Source: Candidatus Parcubacteria bacterium (GTDB lineage: Bacteria > Patescibacteriota > Patescibacteriia > Patescibacteriales > UBA12075). From it: a DNA stretch of 64,000 nucleotides. Of the stretch, positions 48,587 to 58,285 are shown one piece after another. The DNA is taken from the NCBI GenBank assembly GCA_023142215.1, contig JAGLJW010000022.1:3315-67314 (forward strand), written 5' to 3'. Made by a program: the position numbers and the translations under genes. A model generated the notes under the pieces. It did no database searches and was not told the DNA's origin. It worked only from the letters and a program-made list of their open reading frames with translations. The first letter of the stretch is position 1. The number at the start of each line of letters is the position of its first letter.

Positions 48587-49216
48587 TTATTCATTTTTAT
48601 CTTTCCAATAAGCTTCATCAATTTTCCACATTTTTCCATCTTTAATCAAATTGATTAATATGCTTTGACTATAAGCCTTATCGGTATTATTTTTCGTAAC
48701 TAAAGCTTCTTTTCTTCTTGTGCTTATCAAAATACTAGCATAACCAATATTATCGTCAAATTTTCTTACATCAGTAGATATTGCTTTAGTAATTACGCCA
48801 TAATATACTGAAGTGTCAATATTTTTTGCTCTTTGTTCATCCACATAATTCCTTGCCCATTTCCTCATTCTATCACTCATAAAAGTTTCTAAACTTGTAA
48901 TATTATCATAATTTGCCTGATTAGAATAGCTTCCGAATCTTTCCGCAAAAGATATAGCAATTTGAACTACGTCTCTTTCACTCATTTCTTTCTTAATGGG
49001 CTTAATCACTTTTGGTTTTTGTACTTCTTTAGGTTTTGAATCACTTTCTATTATTCCTTTTTTTACTATTTTGTCCGCTTCAATAGGTTGTCTCGTATCT
49101 TCATGCCCAACTGGTTTTTTACTTAAAAAATAATAAATTAATCCTATAGCAATTATTAAAAAAATAAATGCTCCTGCTATTATGATTATACGTTGTCGTT
49201 GTTTTTGTTTATCCAT
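48587..49216 (-). CDS. Bitopic membrane protein; VirB8-like (NTF2-like) candidate by size, topology and position
   Basis: 209 aa with an N-terminal TM (IIIIAGAFIFLIIAIGLIYYFL) and an ectodomain of about 120 aa. It lies immediately downstream of VirB4. No sequence signature is claimed. Confidence 0.3.
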   Translation of the reverse strand: MDKQKQRQRIIIIAGAFIFLIIAIGLIYYFLSKKPVGHEDTRQPIEADKIVKKGIIESDSKPKEVQKPKVIKPIKKEMSERDVVQIAISFAERFGSYSNQANYDNITSLETFMSDRMRKWARNYVDEQRAKNIDTSVYYGVITKAISTDVRKFDDNIGYASILISTRRKEALVTKNNTDKAYSQSILINLIKDGKMWKIDEAYWKDKNE

Positions 49217-49253
49217 ATTGTTTTCAAATATTTATATTAAAATTCATAATTCA

Positions 49254-51176
49254 TTATATATCCATATCTTCAACACCCTCTAACGCCTTATCGTCACTAA
49301 TAGTTGCAGCAAATTCTTTTTTTGCTTCTTCAATAGCTAATAACTGTCTTGGATCAGATGTTATTAACTGATCTTCAGTGTATGAAGCAACCACTTTTAT
49401 GGCTGCATGTTTACTCCCTGCAAAAAATATTCCCTCTCCAACTCCACACTCAAGCAACAAATACTTTTCACCTTCTGTCAATAAGAATGTTTTTTGCACC
49501 AAATCAATTGAAGCTGAAGATTGTTTCAATAAAAGTTGTAAAGATGAATTTGTTACAATTGCCTGTCCGTATGGCGAAGTTAAAAAATCATTAACATCCT
49601 GAGTAATTGTAGTAACACCTAAGTAATATTTACGGCACCGTTTTACTAAAGCAAAAATAAATTTAGCACTGTCTTCGTGTTGCATCAACCACCAAGCTTC
49701 ATCAATTACCAAAATTCTCTTTCTCATCTCACTTCTAACAACATTCCAAATATAATTAACAATAGAATAAATTGCCAATGGTCTAAGCTCATCTTCTAAA
49801 TCTCGTACTGAAAAACAAACTAACTTATTATTCATTTCCACATTCGTTGGATTATTAAATAAACCAGCAAAAGTACCTTGTGTATATTTTAATAAACGTA
49901 AAGACAAACTCTCGCCGCCCTCCATTCCCTCTAAAATATCTTGAAAATCTTGCATAATAGGTGCTTCAATACTAGCTAAATCAACATCGGCAGTAATATC
50001 TTTTTTTGCATAAGTTTCCAATAAAGCTCTATCAATAATAGAATCTTCTTCGTGATTTAAATCACCAAGCATTAATCTTATTAAACCTTTCACTGTAATC
50101 ACAGCACTTCTAATAATATCAGCTGGCCTAGAATCGTCTCCAATTGAACGAGGCAAATCAAATGGATTAACCTTAGCATCAGAAGAAAGAGACAAATTGA
50201 TGTATGTTCCACCAACAGCGTCAGAAAGATGTTTATACTCATATTCAGGATCAATAATAATCACTTCTGTACCAGTCATTAATGCTCGTAAAATTTCTAA
50301 TTTTATGGCATAACTTTTACCAGCACCTGATGTTGCAAACACAACAGAATTGGCATTCTGTAAGCTGAATCTGTCAAACAAAATTAAACTATTATTATGT
50401 CTATTAATACCATACAAGACACCTGTATCAGAAGTTAATTCAGAAGAAATAAAGGGAAATGACGAAGCAACAGGAGAAGAATTCATATTTGAATTAATAA
50501 ATAATTCATCATTACAAAGAGGTAGCGTTGAATTAAATCCTTGTTCGGCTTGATAAAGTACTTTTCTTGAATAAACTAGACGAGAACCAAAAATATTTTC
50601 CACATCTATTGTTAAAATATCAAGATCTTCCTTTTTATTTGAATAAACTGTTACATATAAACCAAACTGGAAAAATCTTTCAATTCCCTGTGTTAAAGCA
50701 TCTCTCAAGGCTTCAATATCGCGAAGAGCTGTTTCGGATAATGGATCACGAGCAGCACCTTTCTCTGCATTTCCAATAATTTCAGCCTCAAGAGTACCAA
50801 CCTTTTTCTTCAACTGCTTTAACACAATCGCTGTCTTTATTGGATAAAAAAACATGGCAATATCAAAAGTTGTATTTAAATTAATAACTGGCGCAAACCA
50901 ACCAACACTAATATAACGCGGATATGTAATAACAAAAATTGTTCTAACAAAAACACCAGATAAAACAAGATGATCAGTGGAAATTTTCATGCTCGCGGGA
51001 GCAATCAAATCTTTTATCATCACTGTACCTCTACGATACATTTTCTCTTCTTCAATAAATCTCTTAGTTTCCCGTGCTGAAACATTAATAACTTTTTCTT
51101 GTTCAGCTTTTTTACTATTTTCTACTTTCTGTTTTAACTTATCTTCTTTTTTAATTTGACTCGGTTGAAATGCCAT
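49254..51176 (-). CDS. virB4: VirB4/TrbE/TcpF-type type IV secretion ATPase, C-terminal 640-aa part
   Basis: IAPASMKIS...RTIFVITYPRYISVGWFAPVINL, Walker A ATSGAGKSYAIK, and Walker B ILVIDEAWWLM. Confidence 0.8.
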   Translation of the reverse strand: MAFQPSQIKKEDKLKQKVENSKKAEQEKVINVSARETKRFIEEEKMYRRGTVMIKDLIAPASMKISTDHLVLSGVFVRTIFVITYPRYISVGWFAPVINLNTTFDIAMFFYPIKTAIVLKQLKKKVGTLEAEIIGNAEKGAARDPLSETALRDIEALRDALTQGIERFFQFGLYVTVYSNKKEDLDILTIDVENIFGSRLVYSRKVLYQAEQGFNSTLPLCNDELFINSNMNSSPVASSFPFISSELTSDTGVLYGINRHNNSLILFDRFSLQNANSVVFATSGAGKSYAIKLEILRALMTGTEVIIIDPEYEYKHLSDAVGGTYINLSLSSDAKVNPFDLPRSIGDDSRPADIIRSAVITVKGLIRLMLGDLNHEEDSIIDRALLETYAKKDITADVDLASIEAPIMQDFQDILEGMEGGESLSLRLLKYTQGTFAGLFNNPTNVEMNNKLVCFSVRDLEDELRPLAIYSIVNYIWNVVRSEMRKRILVIDEAWWLMQHEDSAKFIFALVKRCRKYYLGVTTITQDVNDFLTSPYGQAIVTNSSLQLLLKQSSASIDLVQKTFLLTEGEKYLLLECGVGEGIFFAGSKHAAIKVVASYTEDQLITSDPRQLLAIEEAKKEFAATISDDKALEGVEDMDI

Positions 51177-51179
51177 AAA

Positions 51180-51869
51180 TTATTTTACAACTTTTAATTG
51201 ATTAATATCAACTAATTTTTGATTCTTTGATGTTTCTGGATTATATGAATTATAATAAAGTTCAATTAAGCTCTGTGTGTCAAGTTGTACTGAATGTAAA
51301 CCGATAGAACCTAAACCATTTTGCACCCTAGTAACACGGGTCATCATCTTTACCTTTCTTTTCTTAAACTTTTTCTCTTTCATTCTAATTATAATAGCAG
51401 GTTTAAATAACTCTGAAAATCTATTTACAAATGATTTTTGATTATCAGTCAAAGGATTATATGGAATTGCCACATAAAATCTCTTGTTCATTATGCTACT
51501 TATTGAAACTAATTCATTAATATATTGAATGTATTCAGACGTTTGCATTTTTAACAATTCATTAGTTTGCTCTTTTTCTTTCTCTTCTAATTCTTTTAAA
51601 TATCTCTCAATATTCAATTCACGAGATTGAATCACAATCTGTATAGGAAATTCAACACTATTTAAAAAACCAACATAGGCAGAAATTGTTGCATTTTGTT
51701 CATCTTCATTTTTTAAAGAAAAATTTATACTAGAAACTAAAAGGATTGCCCTAAGTGTTCCATCACGCATGACAACAACGTCTTCTTTTATTTCAGAAAT
51801 ATCCAAAAACTGCTGAGTTGTTGTACTTATATGTTTTCTAGCTAATTTTTGCTTTTTGTCACTACTCAT
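51180..51869 (-). CDS. virB4: VirB4 N-terminal domain encoded as a separate 229-aa ORF, in frame with the ATPase part
   Basis: TTQQFLDISEIKEDVVVMRDGTLRAILLVSSINFSLKNEDEQNATISAYVGFLNSVEFPIQIVIQS fits the N-terminal pattern of Gram-positive VirB4 proteins (Orf16/TcpF/PrgJ-like). Its stop at 51182-51180 is followed by one codon (TTT) and then the ATG at 51176-51174, all in one frame. Confidence 0.55.
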   Translation of the reverse strand: MSSDKKQKLARKHISTTTQQFLDISEIKEDVVVMRDGTLRAILLVSSINFSLKNEDEQNATISAYVGFLNSVEFPIQIVIQSRELNIERYLKELEEKEKEQTNELLKMQTSEYIQYINELVSISSIMNKRFYVAIPYNPLTDNQKSFVNRFSELFKPAIIIRMKEKKFKKRKVKMMTRVTRVQNGLGSIGLHSVQLDTQSLIELYYNSYNPETSKNQKLVDINQLKVVK

Positions 51870-51914
51870 TAAATATTTTACACATGAATAACATTAATAA
51901 ATATTATTCATGTT

Positions 51915-52394
51915 CTAAATTTTTTTATTATGTAAACTAATTTTAGTTTCGTCATCTTTTTCTCCTTTATATACACCTTGAGTGTCAACCATTAATGCCA
52001 ACTCATTTAATCTTGATGATGTACGTGTTCTATCATCATTAATAACCTCAACTTTAACATTTTCTATAGCATCACTATTTTCTACATTGTCTTTTCCGAA
52101 CGAATTATTCCATACTCTAGTTTTTGGACTTTTATTAGTTTGTATAAAATTTAATACAAAATAATGAAAAGGCATTTCATCAACTTTATAAAATGCAAAA
52201 ATAGCAGAAATAATTAATTCTGGAATTACAATAGCTAAAAAAGTTGAAAAATAAGTAAGTTTATATACTGCAGCAGCAAATAAAACAGCACCAATCATAA
52301 TTAAAAATTGTCTAGTCGTAATAGGCCCTAAAATTTTATCTTCAACATCAATAAATTGTGGTACTGTAAATTGTTGCATAATTATTTGACTCAC
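51915..52394 (-). CDS. PrgI-family (VirB3-like) small membrane protein
   Basis: QQFTVPQFIDVEDKILGPITTRQFLIMIGAVLFAAAVY matches the PrgI-family N-terminal pattern, followed by a second TM. Confidence 0.6.
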   Translation of the reverse strand: MSQIIMQQFTVPQFIDVEDKILGPITTRQFLIMIGAVLFAAAVYKLTYFSTFLAIVIPELIISAIFAFYKVDEMPFHYFVLNFIQTNKSPKTRVWNNSFGKDNVENSDAIENVKVEVINDDRTRTSSRLNELALMVDTQGVYKGEKDDETKISLHNKKI

Positions 52395-52436
52395 TAACTA
52401 GTATTAATTAGTAAATGCTAAACATTATAAATATTA

Positions 52437-54095
52437 TTAAAAACGTAATTCCCTATTTAAATCCATTATAGCCCGAAATTCTTCTTTTGTTAAGACATCT
52501 TCACTATTTTTTTGCTTTTCATTAATAACAATATCAACCTCAACTTTTTTATTAATAGCCTCATTTCCTAGACCAATATACATCATGTTAATAGGGCTCT
52601 TCCGCCATGCCTTAATTCCAATTAATCTTTGTCCATAACCATCTCGCTCTAAAATACTAACTTTTTCTTTTATTTTTTGGGTGCATTTTCTAGTATCAAC
52701 TCCCAATCTCCTAAATATAACCAAATCCATTTCTTTAAGTTCATCAATTGGACCCATTAACTTTGGCACCTGCTTCACATCAGACACCTTTTTTGTATTA
52801 ATTGGAGAAACCTGTCTAACATTAATTACATTTTCTCTTGAAAATTCTTGATTTTTAACAAGTTGCTCTTCTTTTACACTTTGAATTCCTCCATCACTTT
52901 CTTCAACTTCTTTTTTATCTTCAATATTATTATCTACTTTATTTTTTTTCTCTGTTTGATCTACAACTTGATTATTTTTTTCAACTAACTTTTCTTTATT
53001 TCTTTCTAATTCTTTTAATTGACTTTGATTATTTTCTGTTTTATTTTTCAATTTAGTATAATCATATTCCACATCTCGATCCATGGAACTTAAAGCCTCT
53101 AATAAATCAACATCTTTCTTTTTGTTTATACTCCGACCATCATCTTCAATGATGGATGAATACTCTTTTAAATTGTTTTTTTTGTCAGAAATTATTTTTT
53201 TCGTAACTCTAACGCCATCAAGTTCATTTAAAATTAAATCAATTAATTGAGAATTAAAACTAAGACCTCCAAATTCTGGCGATTTTCCTAAAGACTCAAT
53301 AGTTGTAATTCTATTTCTCACCCCACGTAAATAAGTTCTTAAAATCTGTTCAAAACGAGTTTTAAGCTCACTTGAAGCAAAACTAATTTTTAGCTCACTA
53401 ATTACATTCTGTATTTTTTGTTCAACCTTATCTTTTAAATTACTTTTGTCTTTAATTACTTTAACTACTTCATGCTCAACACTATTATCTTTTCCAATAT
53501 CAATATCCAAATCCTTTACCAAATGTACTTCTTCATTGTTGCTAATAATTTTTTCAGAAATAACTTCTTCTTTAATATCGTTACTTTTCGGCAAAGGTGA
53601 TAAAATTTTATTTTTAAGCTCTTTACTATCCTGAGTTGGAACAGAATCAATTTTAGTAATTATTTTTGGTCTTACTAAAACTATTTTTTCTTTTTCAGTT
53701 TTTTCCGTATAATTAACATCTTTCTTTAAACTGTTTTTTAAAAATTCTGCCGCTAATGGTTCACTAGCATCTTTTTTTATTTCTAAATTATCATTGTAAT
53801 TTTCTTTTAACTCATCTCTTATACCTAAATATGATAAAACATCTTTAAATATCTTTTCTTTTAATTCAAGAAATAGCTTTTCAGCTCGCTCGTCACTCAA
53901 ATCATTCTCAAACATAAAATAACCTTTCAATTTACTAAAAGGTATATCTTTTATCATTACACGCATTATTATAATTGCCAAATTAACTTTATAACGTTTT
54001 TCAATATCATTCACAACAGCCATTGCTTTCTCATCTGAAACTTTGCCCCTAATTTCATCTGGCAATTTATTAAATTTTTGTAATATTACAAGCAT
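52437..54095 (-). CDS. Hypothetical K/E-rich protein; N-terminal ~90 aa paralogous to the 335-aa neighbour
   Basis: 552-aa ORF. The N-terminus KFNKLPDEIRGKVSDE...KRYKVNL...VLSYL parallels KFNELPAYVKLTVDSE...KKYKVNL...VLSCL in the ORF at 54217-55224. Confidence 0.55.
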   Translation of the reverse strand: MLVILQKFNKLPDEIRGKVSDEKAMAVVNDIEKRYKVNLAIIIMRVMIKDIPFSKLKGYFMFENDLSDERAEKLFLELKEKIFKDVLSYLGIRDELKENYNDNLEIKKDASEPLAAEFLKNSLKKDVNYTEKTEKEKIVLVRPKIITKIDSVPTQDSKELKNKILSPLPKSNDIKEEVISEKIISNNEEVHLVKDLDIDIGKDNSVEHEVVKVIKDKSNLKDKVEQKIQNVISELKISFASSELKTRFEQILRTYLRGVRNRITTIESLGKSPEFGGLSFNSQLIDLILNELDGVRVTKKIISDKKNNLKEYSSIIEDDGRSINKKKDVDLLEALSSMDRDVEYDYTKLKNKTENNQSQLKELERNKEKLVEKNNQVVDQTEKKNKVDNNIEDKKEVEESDGGIQSVKEEQLVKNQEFSRENVINVRQVSPINTKKVSDVKQVPKLMGPIDELKEMDLVIFRRLGVDTRKCTQKIKEKVSILERDGYGQRLIGIKAWRKSPINMMYIGLGNEAINKKVEVDIVINEKQKNSEDVLTKEEFRAIMDLNRELRF

Positions 54096-54115
54096 TTTTA
54101 TTGTTAATAATTATC

Positions 54116-54190
54116 AGGGGTTTGTCGGCAAACTACAGTTTTGGCATAAATTTTCAGATTTCGGTCATGCTGTAGTTTGGCAACAGACCC
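54116..54190 (-). repeat. Family-B motif, copy C: full 75-bp version with ~21-bp terminal inverted repeats
   Basis: GGGGTTTGTCGGCAAACTACAG ... CTGTAGTTTGGCAACAGACCC. The left half is near-identical to copy A. It lies about 21 nt upstream of the start at 54095. Confidence 0.6.
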
Positions 54191-54216
54191 ATCATGACCA
54201 TAATTCTATAATCAAA

Positions 54217-55224
54217 CTACGCTTCAGTTTCTTTCTTTTTTATCTCTTCAAAGATAGCTGAATATTCTAATGTGCCTGGTTTGTATTTTTTAAGCATTAT
54301 CTTAAGACCCTCAATCTCTTTTTTGTAAGTAATTTCTTCATTAATAACCTCAGATTCTAAAGTGCCTTGTTCATAATTTAATTTTTCTTTTTTAAGCTCA
54401 TTAATCTTTTTCTCTTCTTCAGATTTTACATTACTAAAAGTTATTGAATCGTTTGAGCCATATTCAACAGGAAAAATTTCCCAATCATCAACATTATCAG
54501 AAAGCATACTTTCTGGAAAAAATTTTATATTTCTATAAAGTAATAATAATTTTTTAAGCAAATCCTTTTCATCTTTATCTAACTTCTTCGCGTTTTCCGA
54601 TTCAGTCATATACTTCATTAAAACAATATTATCAAACATCACGGTTCCATTTTGCTTTATAAAATCTTTTAACCAATTTGAAACTGTTGGAGATTTTGGT
54701 TTTTCTTCTAAACTAAATTTTTTGTTTGTTAATCTTTCTTGATTTTGATATAGCTCTTTTTCGGCCTTGTTTACAAAACTTTGATCTTCAGTTAAAACCA
54801 AAAGAATCTGAAAATTTATTTCATCAAGAATTTCATTGGGATTATTAATTTCATTAATTAAATCTTTATTTAAAATACCTAATATAATATTTTTTATTTC
54901 TCCATTTTTTATTTCATTTTTTTCAGGATCTGGTAATAAAAATCTTAAACGCTTTTCAAGACATGATAAAACCGACTCTCTAAATTCATCTGCAATAATT
55001 TTTGCCTCTTCTGGCTCTTTTTCAAATTCATTGACTATATAATTCTCTATTCCGTCATAGTCCAACTCATTTGTAACAATAAAAAACAACAACACAAACA
55101 AATTTACTTTATATTTTTTGTTTAAAAAAGTTATTTTACTCTTTATTACCTCACTATCAACTGTTAACTTAACATAAGCAGGTAATTCATTAAACTTTTC
55201 AACTGTCCTTTCTATGTTTGTCAT
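54217..55224 (-). CDS. Hypothetical acidic protein; N-terminal domain paralogous to the 552-aa neighbour
   Basis: 335-aa ORF that starts 3 nt after the stop of the VirB6-like gene. Confidence 0.55.
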   Translation of the reverse strand: MTNIERTVEKFNELPAYVKLTVDSEVIKSKITFLNKKYKVNLFVLLFFIVTNELDYDGIENYIVNEFEKEPEEAKIIADEFRESVLSCLEKRLRFLLPDPEKNEIKNGEIKNIILGILNKDLINEINNPNEILDEINFQILLVLTEDQSFVNKAEKELYQNQERLTNKKFSLEEKPKSPTVSNWLKDFIKQNGTVMFDNIVLMKYMTESENAKKLDKDEKDLLKKLLLLYRNIKFFPESMLSDNVDDWEIFPVEYGSNDSITFSNVKSEEEKKINELKKEKLNYEQGTLESEVINEEITYKKEIEGLKIMLKKYKPGTLEYSAIFEEIKKKETEA

Positions 55225-55227
55225 ATT

Positions 55228-57645
55228 TTAGTTTTTAATTACTTTTGTTTTATAATTATCAATATGCTCTGCTGTATCTTCATTATGTGCTTTTAATTTA
55301 TTCAAAACATCTTTTACGGAATCCATTGCAGCCGTATTAATACCACCTAACTCTGCAGCAACTATTCCTTGTTTGTAACCAAGAACACTTTTCATTTCTT
55401 TTGTACTTAAATTTTCACCATTACTTTGCCTAGTGTGTAATGCGGACAATTCTTTCGTTAAATTCTTAACTGCTTTAACTGATTGCTCTGAACCGTTAGA
55501 CATTTCTTCAAACAATTTTTTCTGAGTCCCTGTCTGCCCCTCACTGCTATATGTCGCACTTTGCGAAAATAAAGCACCCTCGCCTCCTCTGGCAATAGAC
55601 TCTATTCGTTTTTCAACTATTTCATTTTCTTTATTTGCCTGTTTTTGAACATTCATCATCATTGAATTGACATGATATCCTTCAAACATACTACTTGGTT
55701 TCTTCATTCCTCCCAAATCTTCTCTATGCTTTTTCCTTGAATCTTCTTGGTCAAATAGAGAACTACGTTTAATTTCTCCTCTTTTTGCGTCTGTGTCATT
55801 TTTAATCTTTCCAACCTCTACATCTTTACCTGCCATAACATTAATATGAGATTCTAAATCAATATTAATATCTTCCATTTCTTTATTAAAATCTTTCAAA
55901 ATCTCATTTTTGGCCCATTCAAATTTCTCTGGCTCGGATTTATATTCTGTATTTGCATTATTTATTGCATTATCTCTTCTGTTCCCAGCTACTATCATAT
56001 TTTTACCAACTTCAGTCATTTTTGCTTGCATACTAGGCAATCTAGACAAATCATTATTTCTACTAAAATTAATTTTATCTATATCTTCTTTTTCTTTGCC
56101 TTTAATACTTTCAATCTTTTCATCTTTTAATTTTTTAGAATCATTAACATCGCTATCATATTCATTAACTTTTTTCTTATAATTAGAAGCTTTTTTTGCT
56201 CTATATATATTAAAAGCAGCTGCTCCGCCTAATGCTAAACCAGCCAAAGGATTTACAGCAGTTGCAACTGCTGCTGCACCAGCAACTTGTCCTGTATGTT
56301 TAAGTGTTTTGCCTGTTTTGCTATCAGCAAAATTCGCTGCAGCATCACGAATATTTTTACGTGTTTTATCACCCATACCAAGTTTCTGACCTACGGCACC
56401 CATGTTTGATCTAAGAGATTTAGCTCGTGCATCATGCACATCAGAACTCCAATTTCTCATAAGTTTACCTCTACTTGAATCTTTACTTGTTGCCATCACT
56501 CCAACTCCAAGTGCAGCAGATCCTGCCACCTGCCCACTTCTTTTTAATATCTGTCCAGGCATTTTTGAAAGTATTGTTTTCCCTTGCCCAATCGCACCAA
56601 GCCCTTTTCCTGCTACACCACCAACAGCTCCACCCATTTCTGAGGCAACTTTTAAACCTCCAACAAGCATTCCAATAGCAATTAAAAAAGGAATAAAACT
56701 TGTCTCACTCATCATAGCATGTTGACCAGCCTGAAGACCTGTGCTAGCATCTCCAACAATTTTTTTAGCTATGTCTTGCTTTGCAGTTTGTCCAATAATT
56801 AATGCTAACCATAAAAAGAATACCAATATCGGACCAATAACTACATTCTTTACAAACTCATCACTCCATTTGCTAAAATATTTTTGACCGCCCGGAAAGC
56901 CATAAAGCATAAAAGCCAATGGTGACAAAACAACATAAATCCAAAGCATTACTATTCTAAAAATTAAAGTAACCAAAATAACTAAAAGGACAACTGCTCC
57001 TATAGCTACAAATATCAAAGACACTATCAAACCACCAGTAACCTCCCAAAATTTGACGGCCTCCGCGGAAAAACCTTTTGTCTTTATCATTTCTATATAC
57101 TTATCAACACCTAAAGACTGAATAAATGAAGCTCCTGTACTTCCGATTGGATCTGCAAAAAAAACCATTAAGAACTGAGAAATATCAATTACAAAACCAC
57201 AAATTGACTTTGAATAATTAACTAAAAAAGCCATTAATATTAATTTGGGTAATGCTTTTTTAACAGTGTAACCTTCAATCCTAAGTATTGTTGAAAAAGC
57301 AATTATCACCATTGCTAATATGAAAAACATATTTGCAAAATTTAATATTTGAGTCCAGGCTAAAATAATACTTTTTTCTCCAATAAAATCATTATAGTTA
57401 ATTAACAAAATTATTGATTTTATAGCCAAAGTCAAAAACCAACCAAATACTATTAAGCCAAGCTGTGCTATATAAGCAAAAATTGTTAATACACCATTTT
57501 GTACAGTATTTATTATCTTGCTATCAGGCTCATCTGCCGCTTGAATACAAGAAATATCAATAAAAATATTGTAAAAAACAAAAACAAATAAAAAAACTAT
57601 TAATAGTATCTTTTTATTATTTATTTTTAAAAATATTTTTTTCAT
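55228..57645 (-). CDS. Polytopic membrane protein, VirB6/TrbL-like candidate, with a long hydrophilic C-terminal half
   Basis: 805 aa with a signal-like N-terminus (ILLIVFLFVFVFYNIFIDISCIQAADEP) and about 7-8 hydrophobic helices in the first ~400 aa, then a Gly/Ala-rich and K/E-rich coiled region. The call rests on topology and locus context. Confidence 0.45.
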   Translation of the reverse strand: MKKIFLKINNKKILLIVFLFVFVFYNIFIDISCIQAADEPDSKIINTVQNGVLTIFAYIAQLGLIVFGWFLTLAIKSIILLINYNDFIGEKSIILAWTQILNFANMFFILAMVIIAFSTILRIEGYTVKKALPKLILMAFLVNYSKSICGFVIDISQFLMVFFADPIGSTGASFIQSLGVDKYIEMIKTKGFSAEAVKFWEVTGGLIVSLIFVAIGAVVLLVILVTLIFRIVMLWIYVVLSPLAFMLYGFPGGQKYFSKWSDEFVKNVVIGPILVFFLWLALIIGQTAKQDIAKKIVGDASTGLQAGQHAMMSETSFIPFLIAIGMLVGGLKVASEMGGAVGGVAGKGLGAIGQGKTILSKMPGQILKRSGQVAGSAALGVGVMATSKDSSRGKLMRNWSSDVHDARAKSLRSNMGAVGQKLGMGDKTRKNIRDAAANFADSKTGKTLKHTGQVAGAAAVATAVNPLAGLALGGAAAFNIYRAKKASNYKKKVNEYDSDVNDSKKLKDEKIESIKGKEKEDIDKINFSRNNDLSRLPSMQAKMTEVGKNMIVAGNRRDNAINNANTEYKSEPEKFEWAKNEILKDFNKEMEDINIDLESHINVMAGKDVEVGKIKNDTDAKRGEIKRSSLFDQEDSRKKHREDLGGMKKPSSMFEGYHVNSMMMNVQKQANKENEIVEKRIESIARGGEGALFSQSATYSSEGQTGTQKKLFEEMSNGSEQSVKAVKNLTKELSALHTRQSNGENLSTKEMKSVLGYKQGIVAAELGGINTAAMDSVKDVLNKLKAHNEDTAEHIDNYKTKVIKN

Positions 57646-57659
57646 TATTTTTTTAAAAT

Positions 57660-58277
57660 TTAGTTAAATATCCAACCAAATATTTTTTTACCTATCCAAG
57701 GAAGTGGTCCACCACTTTTCGCCATATCTACAGTAGTTTCTATGGCTGTTTCTTTTGTAGCTTCTATAATGACATCCGCTGAATGTGCAAACATATATAC
57801 AACTATTATTATAATAGTAATAATAGCCATAAAGAAAAGTGCAAGCAATAAATCTAAAAGCGCTATTCCTATTTTATCACCTAATCTTAATTTAACTTTA
57901 TTACTAAAACAAGATCCTGCAGCTACTACATGTAATCCAATAAAACCAGGAACAAATCCCATAAACGACGCTGTAAGTATCCATAACTTATTCATCAAAA
58001 CGCCAGTTGACTTCTTTTTTAATTTATTCGCACCAAGACTTTTTTCTAATAAAACCTTTTTTGACTTAATTATTCTCTCTGATGCTTTTCTTCCTTCTTG
58101 AATTGATTTATTTTTATTAACTGCTGTAATCTGTTCTCTGATATCATTATTTACAACATTTTGTTCTTGCTCTCTTCTTTCGCTAGCTCGTTCTTCTTGT
58201 ATTTGGCTAGAAACTTTATTTTCATGATTAAAAAATAATAATCTCTCATCTATAGAATTGAACGAATTATTTGACAT
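57660..58277 (-). CDS. Hypothetical membrane protein (hydrophilic N-terminal ~100 aa plus two TM helices)
   Basis: 205-aa ORF with LWILTASFMGFVPGFIGLHVVAAG and IALLDLLLALFFMAIITIIIIVVYMF. A VirB2-like role is possible but unsupported. Confidence 0.5.
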   Translation of the reverse strand: MSNNSFNSIDERLLFFNHENKVSSQIQEERASERREQEQNVVNNDIREQITAVNKNKSIQEGRKASERIIKSKKVLLEKSLGANKLKKKSTGVLMNKLWILTASFMGFVPGFIGLHVVAAGSCFSNKVKLRLGDKIGIALLDLLLALFFMAIITIIIIVVYMFAHSADVIIEATKETAIETTVDMAKSGGPLPWIGKKIFGWIFN

Positions 58278-58285
58278 AGTTTTTA

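Noticed and set aside
55222-55230. The stop-one-codon-ATG in-frame junction between the VirB6-like gene and the 335-aa gene, as a second interrupted gene like virB4.
   Set aside because: The spacing pattern is the same, but I see no homology argument that the two proteins were ever one polypeptide. Being in frame has a one-in-three chance. I treat it as tight coupling only.
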